Assembly (NCBI GenBank): GCA_964234715.1
Contig: OZ174277.1
Source of the DNA: Podarcis melisellensis
Taxonomy: Eukaryota
Length of the DNA stretch: 64,000 nucleotides
Direction: 5' to 3' (one strand)
Shown here: positions 51,006-64,000 of the stretch, piece after piece
How the letters are laid out: the number at the start of each line of letters is the position of its first letter
Numbering within the stretch: position 1 is the first letter of the stretch
The notes under the pieces: model-generated
Seen by the model: only the letters and a program-made list of their open reading frames with translations
Database searches by the model: none
Told to the model about the DNA's origin: nothing
Position numbers and translations under genes: made by a program

Positions 51006-54000
51006 GTGGTTCAATAATGCTCAGGAGAGGGGGAAAACCTTCAGAAAATCTTTCTATTGAGGTACGACATACCTTAGAGGCTACCTCAGAGGACGCTCTA
51101 GTCACTTTGTTGCCATGGCAAAAAAGGCAACAAATAAATTTAATTAATTAATAATCTAGTTTGTGAGCATGCAGGCAGGATCTTGTATAAGTTTTATTTT
51201 ATAAACTGCATGGCATGTGGATAAGTGATAATGATTTAAGAAAACAAAATCAACCCAGAATAAAACAAAAGCTAACAGTATTATTATTTTTTTAAAGAAA
51301 GCCAAGTTAATCCTTCACCACTCATACAGCTGTTGGCTCTTTTGATATCTTCTGCTTGTTCAGTCCAGGCTAGGGAAGCCCACACCTTGTAGACAGATGT
51401 GGGTATATAAGAATCTGAATGAGTCACATATGCAAACACAACTGTTTACACAGGGCCACCTTGTATGACTTTTTAACTTTGCCCTCTTAGGACTAGAGTA
51501 TGAGTTACAAGCACCGTACATGAAAGAATAATTTTAACAGACAAGTGATCTTGTGAACTGTGTCAAGCAATCTCTGCTGGGAACAGCCTTCCAACCATCA
51601 ATAATGCAATGCCTGGTATTTCCATTGGAAATGGCAAATTCTTTTCACCCAGCAATTGCATGACAGGTCAAGATTTTAAAAACACACACACACACAAAAC
51701 CACCATAATAAGTGGGAGCAATTTGTAAAATCGTCTGAAGAGCTGACCTAGCCTTTCTGAAGAGTTTAATATGTAAAATTGGTAGTACCAGGTTTCCTAT
51801 CTGCAAAAGGTGAGCTTGTTCTTCCATTCTAGATCATGTTATCTTATTTTACAGTCTTGAGGTCAGGAAGAGCAATCCCAACCCCTATACACTAGATCTG
51901 CTGGCTGAATGGTGTTAGAAAGACACAGCAATGTTTCAGTGGTTTGAGAAAAGCCTGGGCAGGTCCATAACTATGCCCACAGACAGCTTTTAATAGGTTA
52001 GGTATGTTTTTATGAGGGTGCCATGCTGTAAGTGGCATGTACCCCAACTTAGGAAGAAGTGTGACATTTGTTTGACAGGCTGTCAAATGATTCTGGAGTC
52101 TCTGGTACTGTGACAAAGACATAATGTCCTCAAATCTGTGGTGGGAATTAAGAAGTATATATCAACAGCAATTGCTGGTTTCATTATTTCTATAAGTTTT
52201 CATTTCAGATTTCATTTCTGAACATACTTTAACCAAGTGGGAGTGTCCCCTACCATGATCTCAATAGTTCCTCAAAAGAGCATTCATTCATTGTTTTAAC
52301 CACATGCTTTGTCTGTGTGTCTTTCACTATTTTTGCCAGGAGACACGTTGCCCATGCTGACTTTTACTTTAAAGCACACATTGCTGTTGTAATAAACAGT
52401 CCTGGCCAACTTAATGTCAGAAAAATAAACACAGCTAATATTCAAGGATTTAATCAATGTTTGAATCACATGTGTGAAAACAGATTTTCACAGTTCTTTT
52501 GCATGGTGCATTTTACTGACATTAGAACCTGTTTTGTTTTGTATTACAAAAACTGAAATGTTACATTTCTGTTGGCAGCAGAAAAGTCAGCCAGTAAAGG
52601 AGAACCATTAGAGGTGAAACGAACAGATGTACACTCTAATCCATGACCCATCAAGTCAAAATATTTAAGCTAATTTATTCTCTGACATACTTGGAAGCAA
52701 GTCCCACTAATTCAGATTCAACGTATTTTCGAGTAAGTGTGCTTAGGAATGAAACCAGGCGGCTCAATCCTTTTAAGCCATGACAGCTGAAGTAGCACAA
52801 ATACTGACCATGGCATCTGATCCCTGGCATGGGAAGTCAAAATCATCTGCCAGGCAACCCTCCCATAAAACGGTTAATGAAGAACAACACATTGAGTAAA
52901 TGGACCATCTGTGGTTCTAGCTCATCCCTGTTCACAACAGAATACAGTACTAGGTCTCCTTACGTGGATCATGTCAAAAAGAAAGGGAAAGGCAGCAGCA
53001 TGAATGGAAGTTGTGCCAAGACCACAGGATGGGTCAAATATCAGTGATGATGGCACAATGAGCTGTGTTCTAGCATTACATTGACATGAGAACATTAGTC
53101 TCACATCCAGTTCTGGATTCTGACAGGCTAGGACACTTCCACACCGATCAGGCTGTATAGCCAGAATTTGAAACCCTCATGTTTGAAAGGAAGTTCCATT
53201 TAAATAAATGTCCTGTTGACACTTCATAGACTATGCCATTTCCTACTCACTTGGCTTTGAGACACACACACATCTTGCTGGGATGATATGGGATGAAGCC
53301 CTCACACTGGTGAGCCAAAGTGTGTTGGGCCTGATTTTGCAAATGAAGCGCCTAGGTGGCCTTGCATTCTTCAGCTTAGCTGTGAACCCGGCACCTAAAA
53401 AGCACCACTGCAAGCCATTATACAATTCCATCTTCATGCTGGTATAAGTCTGTTGATTCCGGGTGCTGCGGTAACAAAGAGATGGTTTTGGAGCTTGCAG
53501 CACTGCAGCCTAAGAAATGAGGCCAGTCAGTATAGAAAGCTGGGAGAGGTGGCACACTTTAATGAATATCTTTGGGCCCTTTTTGCTTTATGCACTTTGC
53601 TTCATTCTACCTCAGTAATTTGGATCCCCAGCCTTGTAATAGTGTGCACTTTGGCAGCAAAAATGCTGGCAAGGTTTAGGGTGGAAAAGCTCTACAAATT
53701 GTCAGCTCACCTCTGAGCTCTAGCATGGATTATAGGATCAAAAGTCATTAAAATGGAATGGTTTGTTTGCCGTTACATGAATTGGAACTATGTTTACTGT
53801 GTAGAACATTTGGTGGCTGGATTTCATGATGGGAATCAAATAGGACTTTTCCTGTTGGAGTGTGACATTTCTGGAGAGTTTGAATTGCTTTGGAAATGCT
53901 ATACTCTGAGTTTTTATTTAGGATGAAGCTTTGTGTGTGCTTGTATCTCTTAGGGGGATGCATCAGCTCTGCGTACATCCCCAATTATTAGACATATAGG

Positions 54001-54444
54001 ACAATTCAGGTGAGATTTCTTTTAGGGAAATGTCCTGAGCTTGAGTGGGAAAGGGGTGTGGTGGAGCTTTTTCATTTTGCTGGACAGATCTAGGTTTTAG
54101 GATTTGGGGAAAATATTAAATATTATATTGGGGGAAATATTAAAATAAAGTGTTTGCTTTTTTACTGTACATGGATCTATACCGGTTTTCTCACCGCCCC
54201 CTTCCCTTGTGGAAGCCAATAGAAATATATATTATCAAGGGAGAAGAGGCTGTACCCCAAAAAATATGTGGTGGGGGACAGAAGTCCACCCCACCACCAA
54301 TGGCCCTTGTGGTAGCTGGGTCCTTTCTATGAGGGTGACACAGAGTGGTTCCAAAACAGACAAAGCTGCTTTCCAAAGCCACAGATATATATTGTTATGA
54401 GTTTGTGGGAATTAGACTCCCCTGAATTACTGGGTCTAGTAGGT

Positions 54445-54610
54445 TACAGATAGGTAGCCGTGTTGGTCTGCCATAGTCAAAACAAAACAAAATTCCTTCC
54501 AGTAGCACCTTAAAGACCAACTAAGTCAGTTCTTGGTATGAGCTTTCGTGTGCATGCACATGAAAGCTCATACCAAGAACTGACTTAGTTGGTCTTTAAG
54601 GTGCTACTGG
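54445..54610. mobile_element. Penelope-like terminal-repeat insertion with fold-back inversion
   Basis: 17-bp TSD TACTGGGTCTAGTAGGT (54428-54444, 54605-54621); palindrome at 54499-54610. Confidence 0.78.
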
Positions 54611-56204
54611 GTCTAGTAGGTGTTAGAATTTAATCAAGGCAAATGTTATAAGATAAGCCTGGCCAGTTTCTTGATAAGGTAATCACTTGGGAGATGGGCC
54701 ATTTTGAGAACAAAGGGAAGGTAATGAACCATTAGGAAAGCCAAAGAGAGGGGTTTTAAAGTTGAATTTGCTGTGCTGCGACCTAGAGAAAAAAGCTGCA
54801 GGTTGCTAAGTCAGCAAGCTGGAGAGAGGGTCAGAGCATGATGTCTGATGTGTGTTTTGAATCCAGAGCTGCACCTGTGGGAGAAACAAGACCTTCTCAG
54901 AGTGAAACGTGTCCCCCTCCATTGTAAGTTCAGGTTGTATATATGTAAATATACCATTATATCATCCGGACACCACAGTGTGCACTGTTCCTCATTTCTA
55001 AAAGGATGCTCAGAGATTGGTGTGACATGCAACAACATGCAAGTCTGATCTTGTCCCCAGTGCATACTGCTAATATATATGAACCGAGGCTTTTGAAGTA
55101 AATTGAGTTATGTGTGTATGACAAGATGGGTTGTGATAGAAAAACAGTGTCCTTGAGTTTAAATGGTTTTGTGTTAAATTAGGAAACATAATGTAGACAA
55201 ACAGTTAAGGTCCTTATATACACAATGGAGACTATATCATGGTCCTCACGTGGCCCTTAGCTTTCCCAAGCTTCCTTTTCCCTTTTATGTACTTTTATAC
55301 ATTATGTTCCTCAGCTTCTCAGAACTGATATACTTAGATTTTGATGCTCCTGCTGGCTTAAGTAGGGAAACACTGTGCTAATAAATTCTAATGCATAGTC
55401 AAGTCTCCACAGGCCTATGACCTTCCAGCAGTCGGGGGCTCAATGTAACACTTCATTCCCCTCCCCTTTTCTGGCTCTCGCTGTTTCTCTTGCCATTAGC
55501 CAGCGTCCTTGATTTATGGGTGGGCTGCCAGCAGGGCAACTCACCTGCAAAAATAGTTCACACAGTGTTGTTTATTGTACTAAGTAGACTTCACGCTGAC
55601 TGAGGGATTTTTCCAAGGGAAAAGGAGCTGCTGTCAGATCTTCCAGTATCACACCAAAATTGGCACCAATGATCTCTCAAATTTCGAGAGGAAATCCAGG
55701 AATAAGACGCCAACATGAGTTGCAGGCTTTTCTCATCGCTTGGGAGTTTGGGGGCAGAAGAGGACTACCCCCTACCAACCCAATTACACCCTGGCTTATA
55801 CTGAGAAATGTTCCAAGGGTGAACATGTGGCGCTTCTTTCCCTATTATGTTTGGGTCACTGTTCTTTCTTCATTTGCCCTCGAAAGCACACCTGAACTTT
55901 CTTCCAGTGTTTAGGTTTGAAATATTGCTGGGGTAGTTTATCCCACCCCAGAAATGAAGACGCAATATGTTAAAAGAGTAAATGAGCACCAGTGTTAATA
56001 CTAAACAGAATAGTTTATACAAAAAGGTGAATAAGAGGCAGCATGATAGAAGTGTATGAAATTATTCATGGTATGGGCAGTGGCAGATTCTGAGCTCTCA
56101 AATGTCAGCAGCGCCTTGTGTGGTGCTACAATTCAGCACCATTCTACAGCATTGTTTGGGTGTCCCTTGTGACCAAACTGCCTGCGCCACCCTAAAACCG
56201 CTTC

Positions 56205-56575
56205 TAGTATATAGAAAGAGGTTAGAGAAAGTTTTTTTGTCCCTCTCTCATATCACTGGAAGTCATGGACACCCAGTGAAATGGAAAGTTGGAAGGTTCG
56301 GGACAGACAAAGGAAAGTACTTCACACAGCTATGGAATTCATTCCCATAAGAAGCAATGGTGGCCACCAACTTGAATGGCTATAAAAGAGGAACCAATAA
56401 ATTCATGGAGCATGAGGGTATCAGTTGTTACTAACTATGATGGCTGTGTTCTGCCTCCACAGTCAGAAGCACTATGCTCCTGAATACCAGTTGTGGGGAA
56501 AACACAGGAGGGAAGAGTGCTGTTACCTTCAGGTCATGCCTGAGAGTTTCTGATAGGCCACTGGTTAGCAACTGG
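56205..56575 (+). mobile_element. CR1 LINE 3' fragment
   Basis: Translation GHPVKWKVGRFGTDKGKYFTQLWNSFP resembles the CR1 ORF2 C-terminal motif (RGH..K...FR...RK.FF..R...WN.LP). Confidence 0.75.
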
Positions 56576-58793
56576 GTCTAGATCCTATACAGCTATAAAA
56601 AAAAAATACTCTGCAAAAAAAACTGTTGTAAGGCTAACAATTGAAAATATCATTGAGTTGCGATTTCAGCTCTACAGCGCCATCTGGTTTCAGAGTGCGA
56701 TAACATATTTATAACACTGTATTTTGACTAATGTAACTGAGTTTTGGGAGAACAGGATGCTGCTACAAAGTGGGGCAGGGTGACTGGGTAAGTATCTATG
56801 AATCAGGATATTAGTACAGAATTTATAGTACACAATGGGCCGGATTCAGCTAACTGATCCACTCAGGGAGTTACACTAGCATAATGGAGCTACCCCCCTC
56901 ATAGGAGCCAATTCCTAGGGACCACAGTCCCTTCAGCCCCTCATTTAAATGTTTGAAGTGTCTCCCCCCCCCCCCGCCGCCGCCCAGTTGATGGATATTG
57001 CCATTCAAATGGTGTGCATGGCAGCATCTTGTGATTGATTTTGCGGGACAGAGCTTACCTGCTCCCCTCATCATCTTATTCAAGTTGGCACCCCTGCCTC
57101 CCTCCTTCCTTGCACACATCATGTGCAAATTGGGGTGGGGGTGGGAAAGCTCCCAGAACATCAAGGGGGAAGGAAGGGAAATATTGTTCCATCGGGCAAG
57201 CAGAACTGCATGCACTTAATGCAGTAATCTTCTTAATGCTATGTTGAATTCCTCCCAGTTAATTTACTCAATTTGCATTATGCTTGTCTATTACAGAAAT
57301 AATATTTTAAACTTTATACACATATAAACATCCACTCACATATGGTGAGAGAGGAAAAAGCGCTAAATACATAATGAGCTGGGCCACTGAAATGTCTCTT
57401 TGTTAAGATGTTATCAGAGTTTCACATTGCACAGTTATGGCTATGCAGCAAGTCCTGCTTGCTGATCGGGCACCTGTGTGCATAAATCAACAGAATGGCT
57501 AAATTTCCAAAGGGCATCATTAAGTGCATATACTAAATTTATCATGACTTAGCAGTGTTCGCTCAGTTTGGTAATTACTCTTTTTTCCCCTTGGACAGAA
57601 AGGATTGGGTGCTTTTTCCCTGCTAATCCCAATTTACCTCTTTGTTTCATTGTGGAAAATTGAAATAGAAAAATTGTTTCAATGTGTCTAAGAAGAAAAG
57701 CGACTTTTGTATACTTAGGTGTCACTTGGCAATTTAATCAACAGCTCTTTTTCTGTTTTATCTGTGTAATGAAGAAAATATGAGAGAGCCCTAGTGGAAG
57801 TTCCAGTGCTAGAAACCTATCGGCCTGGCAATCCGCATATCATTCACTATAATTGCTAAGAGATCACAGCTTTCTCCAAGTGTGGAGCCTGACTGGCAGA
57901 CAGCAACATTGTGGAAATTGTTTCATTGATATTTGTCAGTCATTGCTTATAATTTATGGCTATGGTGAATAGCTGTTCTCTCCTTCCCCCAGTGCTCAGT
58001 ACTCTAGGAATTTCTGGTCTGCATAATGGAATGCCCTATAGTTTGCGTATTAGTTAATAGAATACGGGTTTTGACACGTTGGATTGGACTGAAAAATGTT
58101 GTAACGCACTGGATTGGATCCAGATTTAGGCAGTAATCCTATACATACTTGTGCAGGAGGAAATGCCATTGAACTTAATGGGACTTATTTCCGAGTATAA
58201 ATGCATAGGATTGTACTGTAAGTTTCTTGGAATTTCATTCCCATTAAAATTAGTGGGACTTAAAAATTGTGCATGATTAGCTTTTAATATTGATTTCAGT
58301 GAATCTAAGTGCAACAAACTCTGATCCATTGAATCTAAATAGCCTCGTATTGAGTACTGCACAGTTCTGAGCTTTTATAAGCAACCAAGTTATGCTGTGT
58401 TCTATGGAACCTATAGCATTTGAGCCTTCCTTGAATATTGTCATAAAGAAATAAGGGGAGGAATTCAATGCTGTGCAAAGCCAAGGCAAGCATTTGGACT
58501 TGCCAGAAAGAATGACTCTCCCTTTCCTTCCCCCTTGAATTATTCTAGGGATTCTCCCATTTCAGGGGCTTGCAGGGGAAGGAGGGAAGCCCTGTTCAGT
58601 AAGCAGAAATCCTTGCACAGGGCTTTTGCTGGTGGGACTCATTAGCTGAATCACATCCAGTGAATTATATCTTCCACTATGGAATCTCCTGTTGCAGCTT
58701 GGTGTGCTTGTATGTGTATTAGGGTTTCACATCCCACAACTCATTCAACTGATTGGGTCAATTAAATACATGATCTGGACCCCATTGCATGTA

Positions 58794-59035
58794 CAGTGGT
58801 ACCTCAGGTTAAGTACTTAATTCGTTCTGGAGGTCTGTACTTAACCTGAAACTGTTCTTGACCTGAAGCACCACTTTAGCTAATGGTGCCTCCCACTGCT
58901 GCCGCGCCACCGGAACACGATTTCTGTTCTCATCCTGAAGCAAAGTTCTTAACCCGAGGTAATATTTCTGGATTAGCGGAGTCTGTAACCTGAAGCGTAT
59001 GTAACCTGAAGTGTATGTAACCTGAGGTACCACTA
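58794..59035. mobile_element. Tc1/mariner (Tigger/pogo-like) MITE, non-amplified copy in opposite orientation to 27420-27893
   Basis: TIR CAGTGGTACCTCAGGTTA / TAACCTGAGGTACCACTA, TA flanks; reverse-complement homology to 27420-27893. Confidence 0.9.
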
Positions 59036-59704
59036 TACACGATTGCTGGCCAGTGATGCTGTGAACTGGTCTGGCTCAGAACAGTAAATTTAAAGGGAAA
59101 GAAGAGTAATAATACTACTAATAATACTAATAATAATACTAGTATACCTGTTATTTTAATATATATTTAGCAGCAGAGTGCCCCTCTACCTGTTTAACAT
59201 AAGAATATTTCTACACTGCTACAGTAATTGTTTTCATCTATGAGCTGTAAAGGAAAGTGAATCCACTATGAAAGCAATTTCATTTTTCTTGGGCTTTTCT
59301 GCCTCCGCATTGCCAATTATTCTTTTCTGGTGGCGAGTATTCCTAAGTGCATGCTACTTCAGATTTCAGCTATTCCATCTCTTCTATGTTTCCAAATACA
59401 TCAGGGCACTTTATATCACCCATTGCAGCTTGCAGAAAGATGAGAATAAATATTCAGCTGGAAGCTGACCAAGAACTCTGAATATCCTTGAGTGTAATAG
59501 AAATGAGCTAGAAATATATAATCTAGGTGTTTCTATTAGCTCTGTTAGTATTTCTCTTGAGACAGAAGTTGAACATGTTCCCAGGATGCCTTAGAGTGCT
59601 AAAAATACTACTGAGGTGCTTTATGCCTCCAACATTATTGTAATTAATAAACAATCTGGAAAACATAGTGTTAGTGAAATCAGTAAAGCCTGCAGCTAAA
59701 TGAT

Positions 59705-59850
59705 AATTCACCTGCTTCGTGTGCAAAAGATTCAAAGTTCAATCCCAGGCACCTCCAGGAAGGGCTAGAGATACCTCTGTCTATAACTCTGGAAAGCTTC
59801 TGCCAGTCAGTGTAAAACAACACTGAGCAAGCTGGACCAAAGATATGACT
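59705..59850 (+). mobile_element. Decayed tRNA-derived SINE
   Basis: B-box-like GTTCAATCCCAGGCACCTCCAGG; body CTGCCAGTCAGTGTA...ACTGAGC...GGACCAA; tail TTCCTATGTT. Confidence 0.62.
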
Positions 59851-60269
59851 CAGTATAAGTTTCCTATGTTAGCGTTCAATATGATTACATTTATGTACAG
59901 TCTACAAAAATAGACCTTTGTGAATTTAGTACACGGGCTGCTACAATGGTAAACAAGGTTAGGACTGAGTGGTTAGGGATGCTAACAACAGAAATTATTG
60001 TTAATATAATTAATGTCTGCCATTAATGCCATTAGTGAAACAAAGAGGAAAAAGAGACAGGCACAAGCATGGCAGTTTTAAAAGCTACAGCTTTAGTGAT
60101 GAAACTTGAAAGGGTACTAACTGCGCAAGTGTCACGGAAACAATGTGGAGGAGATTTCACACTCTTCATTTCAGGCTCAGGACTGACCTACTTTAGCAGG
60201 AGCTGCCATGGATATAGGTGAACTGTATTGTGCCATCTTGGATATGGTGCACCTTAGAAGGTAGTTTGG

Positions 60270-61165
60270 CAGGGCCGTCTTAAGCATATCCGGCGCTGTG
60301 GTGCAAAGTTCCCTCCCCCCCCCCAATTTCCCAGAGATGTTGACCTTTTTAAGGGGGGGACCCTAAAGTTGTTGACCTTTTTTAGGAAAGGTTCCCCAGA
60401 GTTGTTGACCTTTTCTTAGGGAGCTGACACATTATCTCTGCTTGGGAAAAGAAAACAGGAAACGTAAACTTTTTTTAGCTCATTTATTAACAATGCACAC
60501 TTATATAGTCTCAGATGCATGTGGGCCAGCCAAAATCTGACAAATCACTCCTGGTCTTAAATTGTCCAAGCAAAATGGCATAGCTTAACCTGGCACCAAA
60601 ATGAGAAAAAAATGCTGAACTTAGATATACCGCAGTCAGTAAAGCACGAGACTCAATCTCAGGGTTGCGGTTTCAAGCTCCATGTTGGGCAAAAGATTCC
60701 TGCATTGCAGGGGGTTGGAGCTGTGTGCCTAGTGGGAAGCGCCCAGCCTCTAGGCAGGTTGAGGTGTGCGCAGGCCGGCCTACTGCTCAGCACTCCTAAG
60801 GAGCAGCCAGAGCCCGAGTCCCGAGACGGCGGCGGGCAGCGGAGGCTGCAAGGCTGGGCATGCAAAAAACCAAGCATCACTGCAAGCCAAGGCAAATGTT
60901 GAAGCCGGCCAATGGAGCCTCATGAGTAGCATGCTGCTGGGCTGGCCCTACACCAATGGCACACAGGGGGCGGAGCCGGGCAGCCGCCTCAGGGCCTGCT
61001 CCGCTGAATAAGCAGAGAGGGAGCCGTCTGCAAAAGAGCTATGCTAGGCTCTCTCGGCTCTTCCCAGACGACTCCGCTCAACTCTGGACTCCCTGCGGCA
61101 CCCTTGGCAGCGGGGAGCACCCTGATTCAGCACGCCAGCTGCACCACTGGTCAGAGACAGGCCTG
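60270..61165. mobile_element. 896-bp non-autonomous hAT-type element with composite interior
   Basis: Imperfect TIRs CAGGGCCGTCT / AGACAGGCCTG; perfect 8-bp TSD TAGTTTGG (60262-60269, 61166-61173). Confidence 0.82.
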
Positions 61166-61417
61166 TAGTTTGGGGCTAAAATAATTATTAAGAGCAAAGT
61201 TGGACAACCCTTGTGCTCTAGCTGTAGGGATCCATCAATGTGGTAGATGTGGGCATTATTCTGCCATAGATTCTCTTCTCTCCTTACATTAGCATTACTC
61301 TGTGAATCGGTAATATATATAAAGGATGGTATATACCCTCCCATAGGTGTTTGGTGGAACAGTGTGAATGACCATGTAATGTCACTGAACCTAATGGAAT
61401 GTATGTGTGACACATGC

Positions 61418-61695
61418 ACAGGCCTTTTCTGTGGTGGCCCCCTGCTTGTGTAATGCTCTCCCTTGGGAGGCTTGCCTGGTGCCTTCACTACATATCTTTA
61501 GGTACCAGGCAATAACATTCTTTCTTTCCCAGGCCTTTGGCTAGTTAAACAATCTATGACTTTTTAAACTGTGTTGGGATGGGAGTTACTGCTTTTGTTT
61601 GATACTGCGGGTATCTATTTTTGTGTTTTTATATTGTAAACTACCCTGTGATCCTCAGATGGAGGGCAGTATAGAAATTTAATAAAAAATGATAA
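61418..61695 (+). mobile_element. Decayed L2 3' end
   Basis: GGCCTTTTCTGTGGTGGCCCC...AATGCTCTCC (AFSVVAP motif) through GGGCAGTATAGAAATTTAATAAA. Confidence 0.7.
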
Positions 61696-62453
61696 TACTC
61701 GGATAATTTACATATTTTTCTTTTCCCCTTATCTTCTGATAAAGTATCTGAGATGACAGCTGCGTCTTCACATATTTGGCTGTTAGATGAACGATTGTTG
61801 GTTGCAACTGGCTTTTGCTGGTTTTAATAAGCATTCATCCTAAAACTGGATTATTATTTTTCTTTAACTTGTTTGTGCCTCTGCTGTTTAAAAGGCATGT
61901 TCTACATGTCTTCTTTCATTAAATCAAATGCCTACATGGAGGGTTTGAAGAACAGTATTCATAACAGAAAATAAACATCACAAGCATTTTATAGGATAAG
62001 TATTCTAATGAATTAATTGTTTATGACACTTTAATAGCACATATAAAAATCCGCTTGTCATGTGGAGTCCCTCTTGTGCCAATGTTATATATTAGACAAC
62101 TAACAGCTCAGCATGCATGTGCATCCTGCCTTTTGTACAGCTTCCCAATTCTATTAGTTGCCAGAGATTCATAAGCAATGATTTGGCTGGCTGCTTCACA
62201 GCAATATAGTATGTGAAATTACAAACCCTCTTCCCTGCTACTTTCCCCATTGTTTTGGTGCTGTTGGAACATTAAGGAGGGAATTTATTATTATTATTAC
62301 ATTTGTATACTGCCCTTCACTCAAAGATCTCAGGGCTGGTCACAGCATAAAATACAGGATACAGCCACAAAGGCTTATCACATTATGAAGAAAGTGAAGG
62401 GGTGGCGGCAGAGGGAGAGACCCCTGTTAGCTTATTTGGCTCACAGTCCAAAA

Positions 62454-62589
62454 TAGGCACCCCAAAACTCGGCCCTCCAGATGTTTTGGGACTACAACTC
62501 CCATCATCCCTAGCTAACAGGACCAGTTGTCAGGGATGATGGGAATTGTAGTCTCAAAACATCTGGAGGTCCGAGTTTGGGGGTGCCTG
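62454..62589. mobile_element. hAT-type palindromic MITE (ACTACAACTCCC family, well preserved)
   Basis: ~55-bp near-perfect inverted arms; TSD GTCCAAAA/GTCTAAAA. Confidence 0.88.
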
Positions 62590-63373
62590 GTCTAAAATGA
62601 CTGAGTGCACTACTGACCAGAATCCTTAAACCTCCAGATTCCCCCAGCTTTTCTTATCCACTCTCTTCTCACCACACAGACCTTTCTCATTGAGATTTCT
62701 CCTGAAACATTCATTGACCTCTCTTCCTCATTCTATTATCCCCTTATATAACTTTGTTCTTTTTTTCTCTGATGTTTTCATGCTTCTTTCTTCCAGGATA
62801 TGCATCTAATCTTCTGCTTGCTTGCTTGCTGGCTTGCTCATTCATTCATTTCTTTATGGAATTTATCCCCTCTCAACATGACTTAAAAAATAAATACGTC
62901 ATGGTGGGTTGGGTCTTAGGTGCTCCCTACCTCTTGCATCCTATCTCAACTTTCAGGACTTTGTTCTTCTTCCTGCCCATGCTGTACCCCAGCCTACATT
63001 CCTGCTGCCTGCTACCAATGCCACTTGTCAACACAAATATAGACTTGAGTTATGAGTTGTCCTCAAGGCCAAACATTCACATGACTACTTTGTTAGGGGC
63101 AAACAATTCAGCCCTGAATTCAATGTTGAATATGTTTAATGCACCTTTTCACCCTCCCCACAAAGTTGCATCAAACTACGACATTGATTAGGTTGGTTTT
63201 TCTATACCTTACTAAAGGCCCAGAACATGAGGCATTAGATTTTTCTGATAAGGAAAGGAGGAAGGAAAGAGTACTAGATTTAAAAGAAAAATCTGGACTC
63301 AAGCTTAGTTTATCCAAATTCCTAGCAAATCTCAATTTCAGTAAAAAGCTGCACTTTTTGGTAACAAGGAAAG

Positions 63374-63378
<5 letters not shown>

Positions 63379-63445
<67 letters not shown>
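63379..63445. repeat. (TA)n microsatellite
   Basis: Direct observation. Confidence 0.95.
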
Positions 63446-63448
<3 letters not shown>

Positions 63449-64000
63449 TTTAAAAAATCAGTTACTTAAAATTAGATTTAAGCCTTGATAAGGTTTGTTT
63501 CCTGAACGTCTTTACTACAGCTAAATTATAAAGTTCTCTAGCTTGTGGTCTCCAGGACTGCAGCTGAAAATTCTCATGGCAGTGCAGAGATATAACCAAG
63601 GAACCATGTTTAAGATTTTGAATCAATAGTCAAATAGTGGATCTTTTTCTGATTGCCAACATGGGGGAGTTTGAAAAACAGATTTGCTATTACAAAAAAA
63701 TCAAAGAGGAAAAATAGCAACTGACTGGGGTAGCACAAGTTTGGGTTTTTCCTATAGCAGCCCATTGAATTGTAGCCTGGGATTCAACAGCAACAGCACC
63801 ATCTGTGCTGTGCATACAAAATATATGGAAGAGACCTTCACTTTTGTTGAATTGCACATTTTACTCAATCCAGTGTGCATATAGCTGCAGGTACATTGGC
63901 ACGTGAGCACCTGACCTAATGCATATTCAAGTGGAATGAAAGGCATCCAATGAACATTTCTTCCTCTTAGTGATTCACTGTCTCAACAAAAGGATGGCTG

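Noticed and set aside
54535-54575. Third functional hammerhead, or a pre-miRNA
   Set aside because: The CTGAAGA half of the core is missing on both strands, and the hairpin is explained by a transposon inversion.
56132-56153. REST/RE1 site (TTCAGCACC...)
   Set aside because: Only the left half-site matches; the GGACAG half is absent.
62754-63453. 145-aa and 104-aa ORFs
   Set aside because: Low-complexity or microsatellite-driven frames with no recognisable domain or splice support.

Overview
Vertebrate genomic DNA, almost certainly a squamate reptile (probably a lacertid lizard, judged from the Sauria SINE and L2/MITE repertoire). The window holds the last two coding exons of SIM1 (bHLH-PAS single-minded 1; + strand, 1800-2205 and 4199-4938), a probable ~5.5 kb 3'UTR, and ~54 kb of downstream sequence with no other recognisable host gene. 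That downstream region is filled with L2, CR1 and Rex1/Babar LINE fragments, SINEs, hAT and Tc1/mariner-type MITEs, microsatellites and a few repeat-free candidate enhancers. The most notable signal is a set of three short, TSD-flanked Penelope-like insertions. Two carry a complete minimal hammerhead-ribozyme core (27332-27367 +, 35733-35770 -). The third (54499-54610) has folded back through the ribozyme's palindromic stem II into a 112-bp near-perfect palindrome. Other points of interest are nested insertions, a MITE with a 124-bp internal triplication, and an 896-bp hAT-type element carrying heterogeneous cargo. Family names are from motif recognition, not database searches. Almost all short ORFs in the track are noise.
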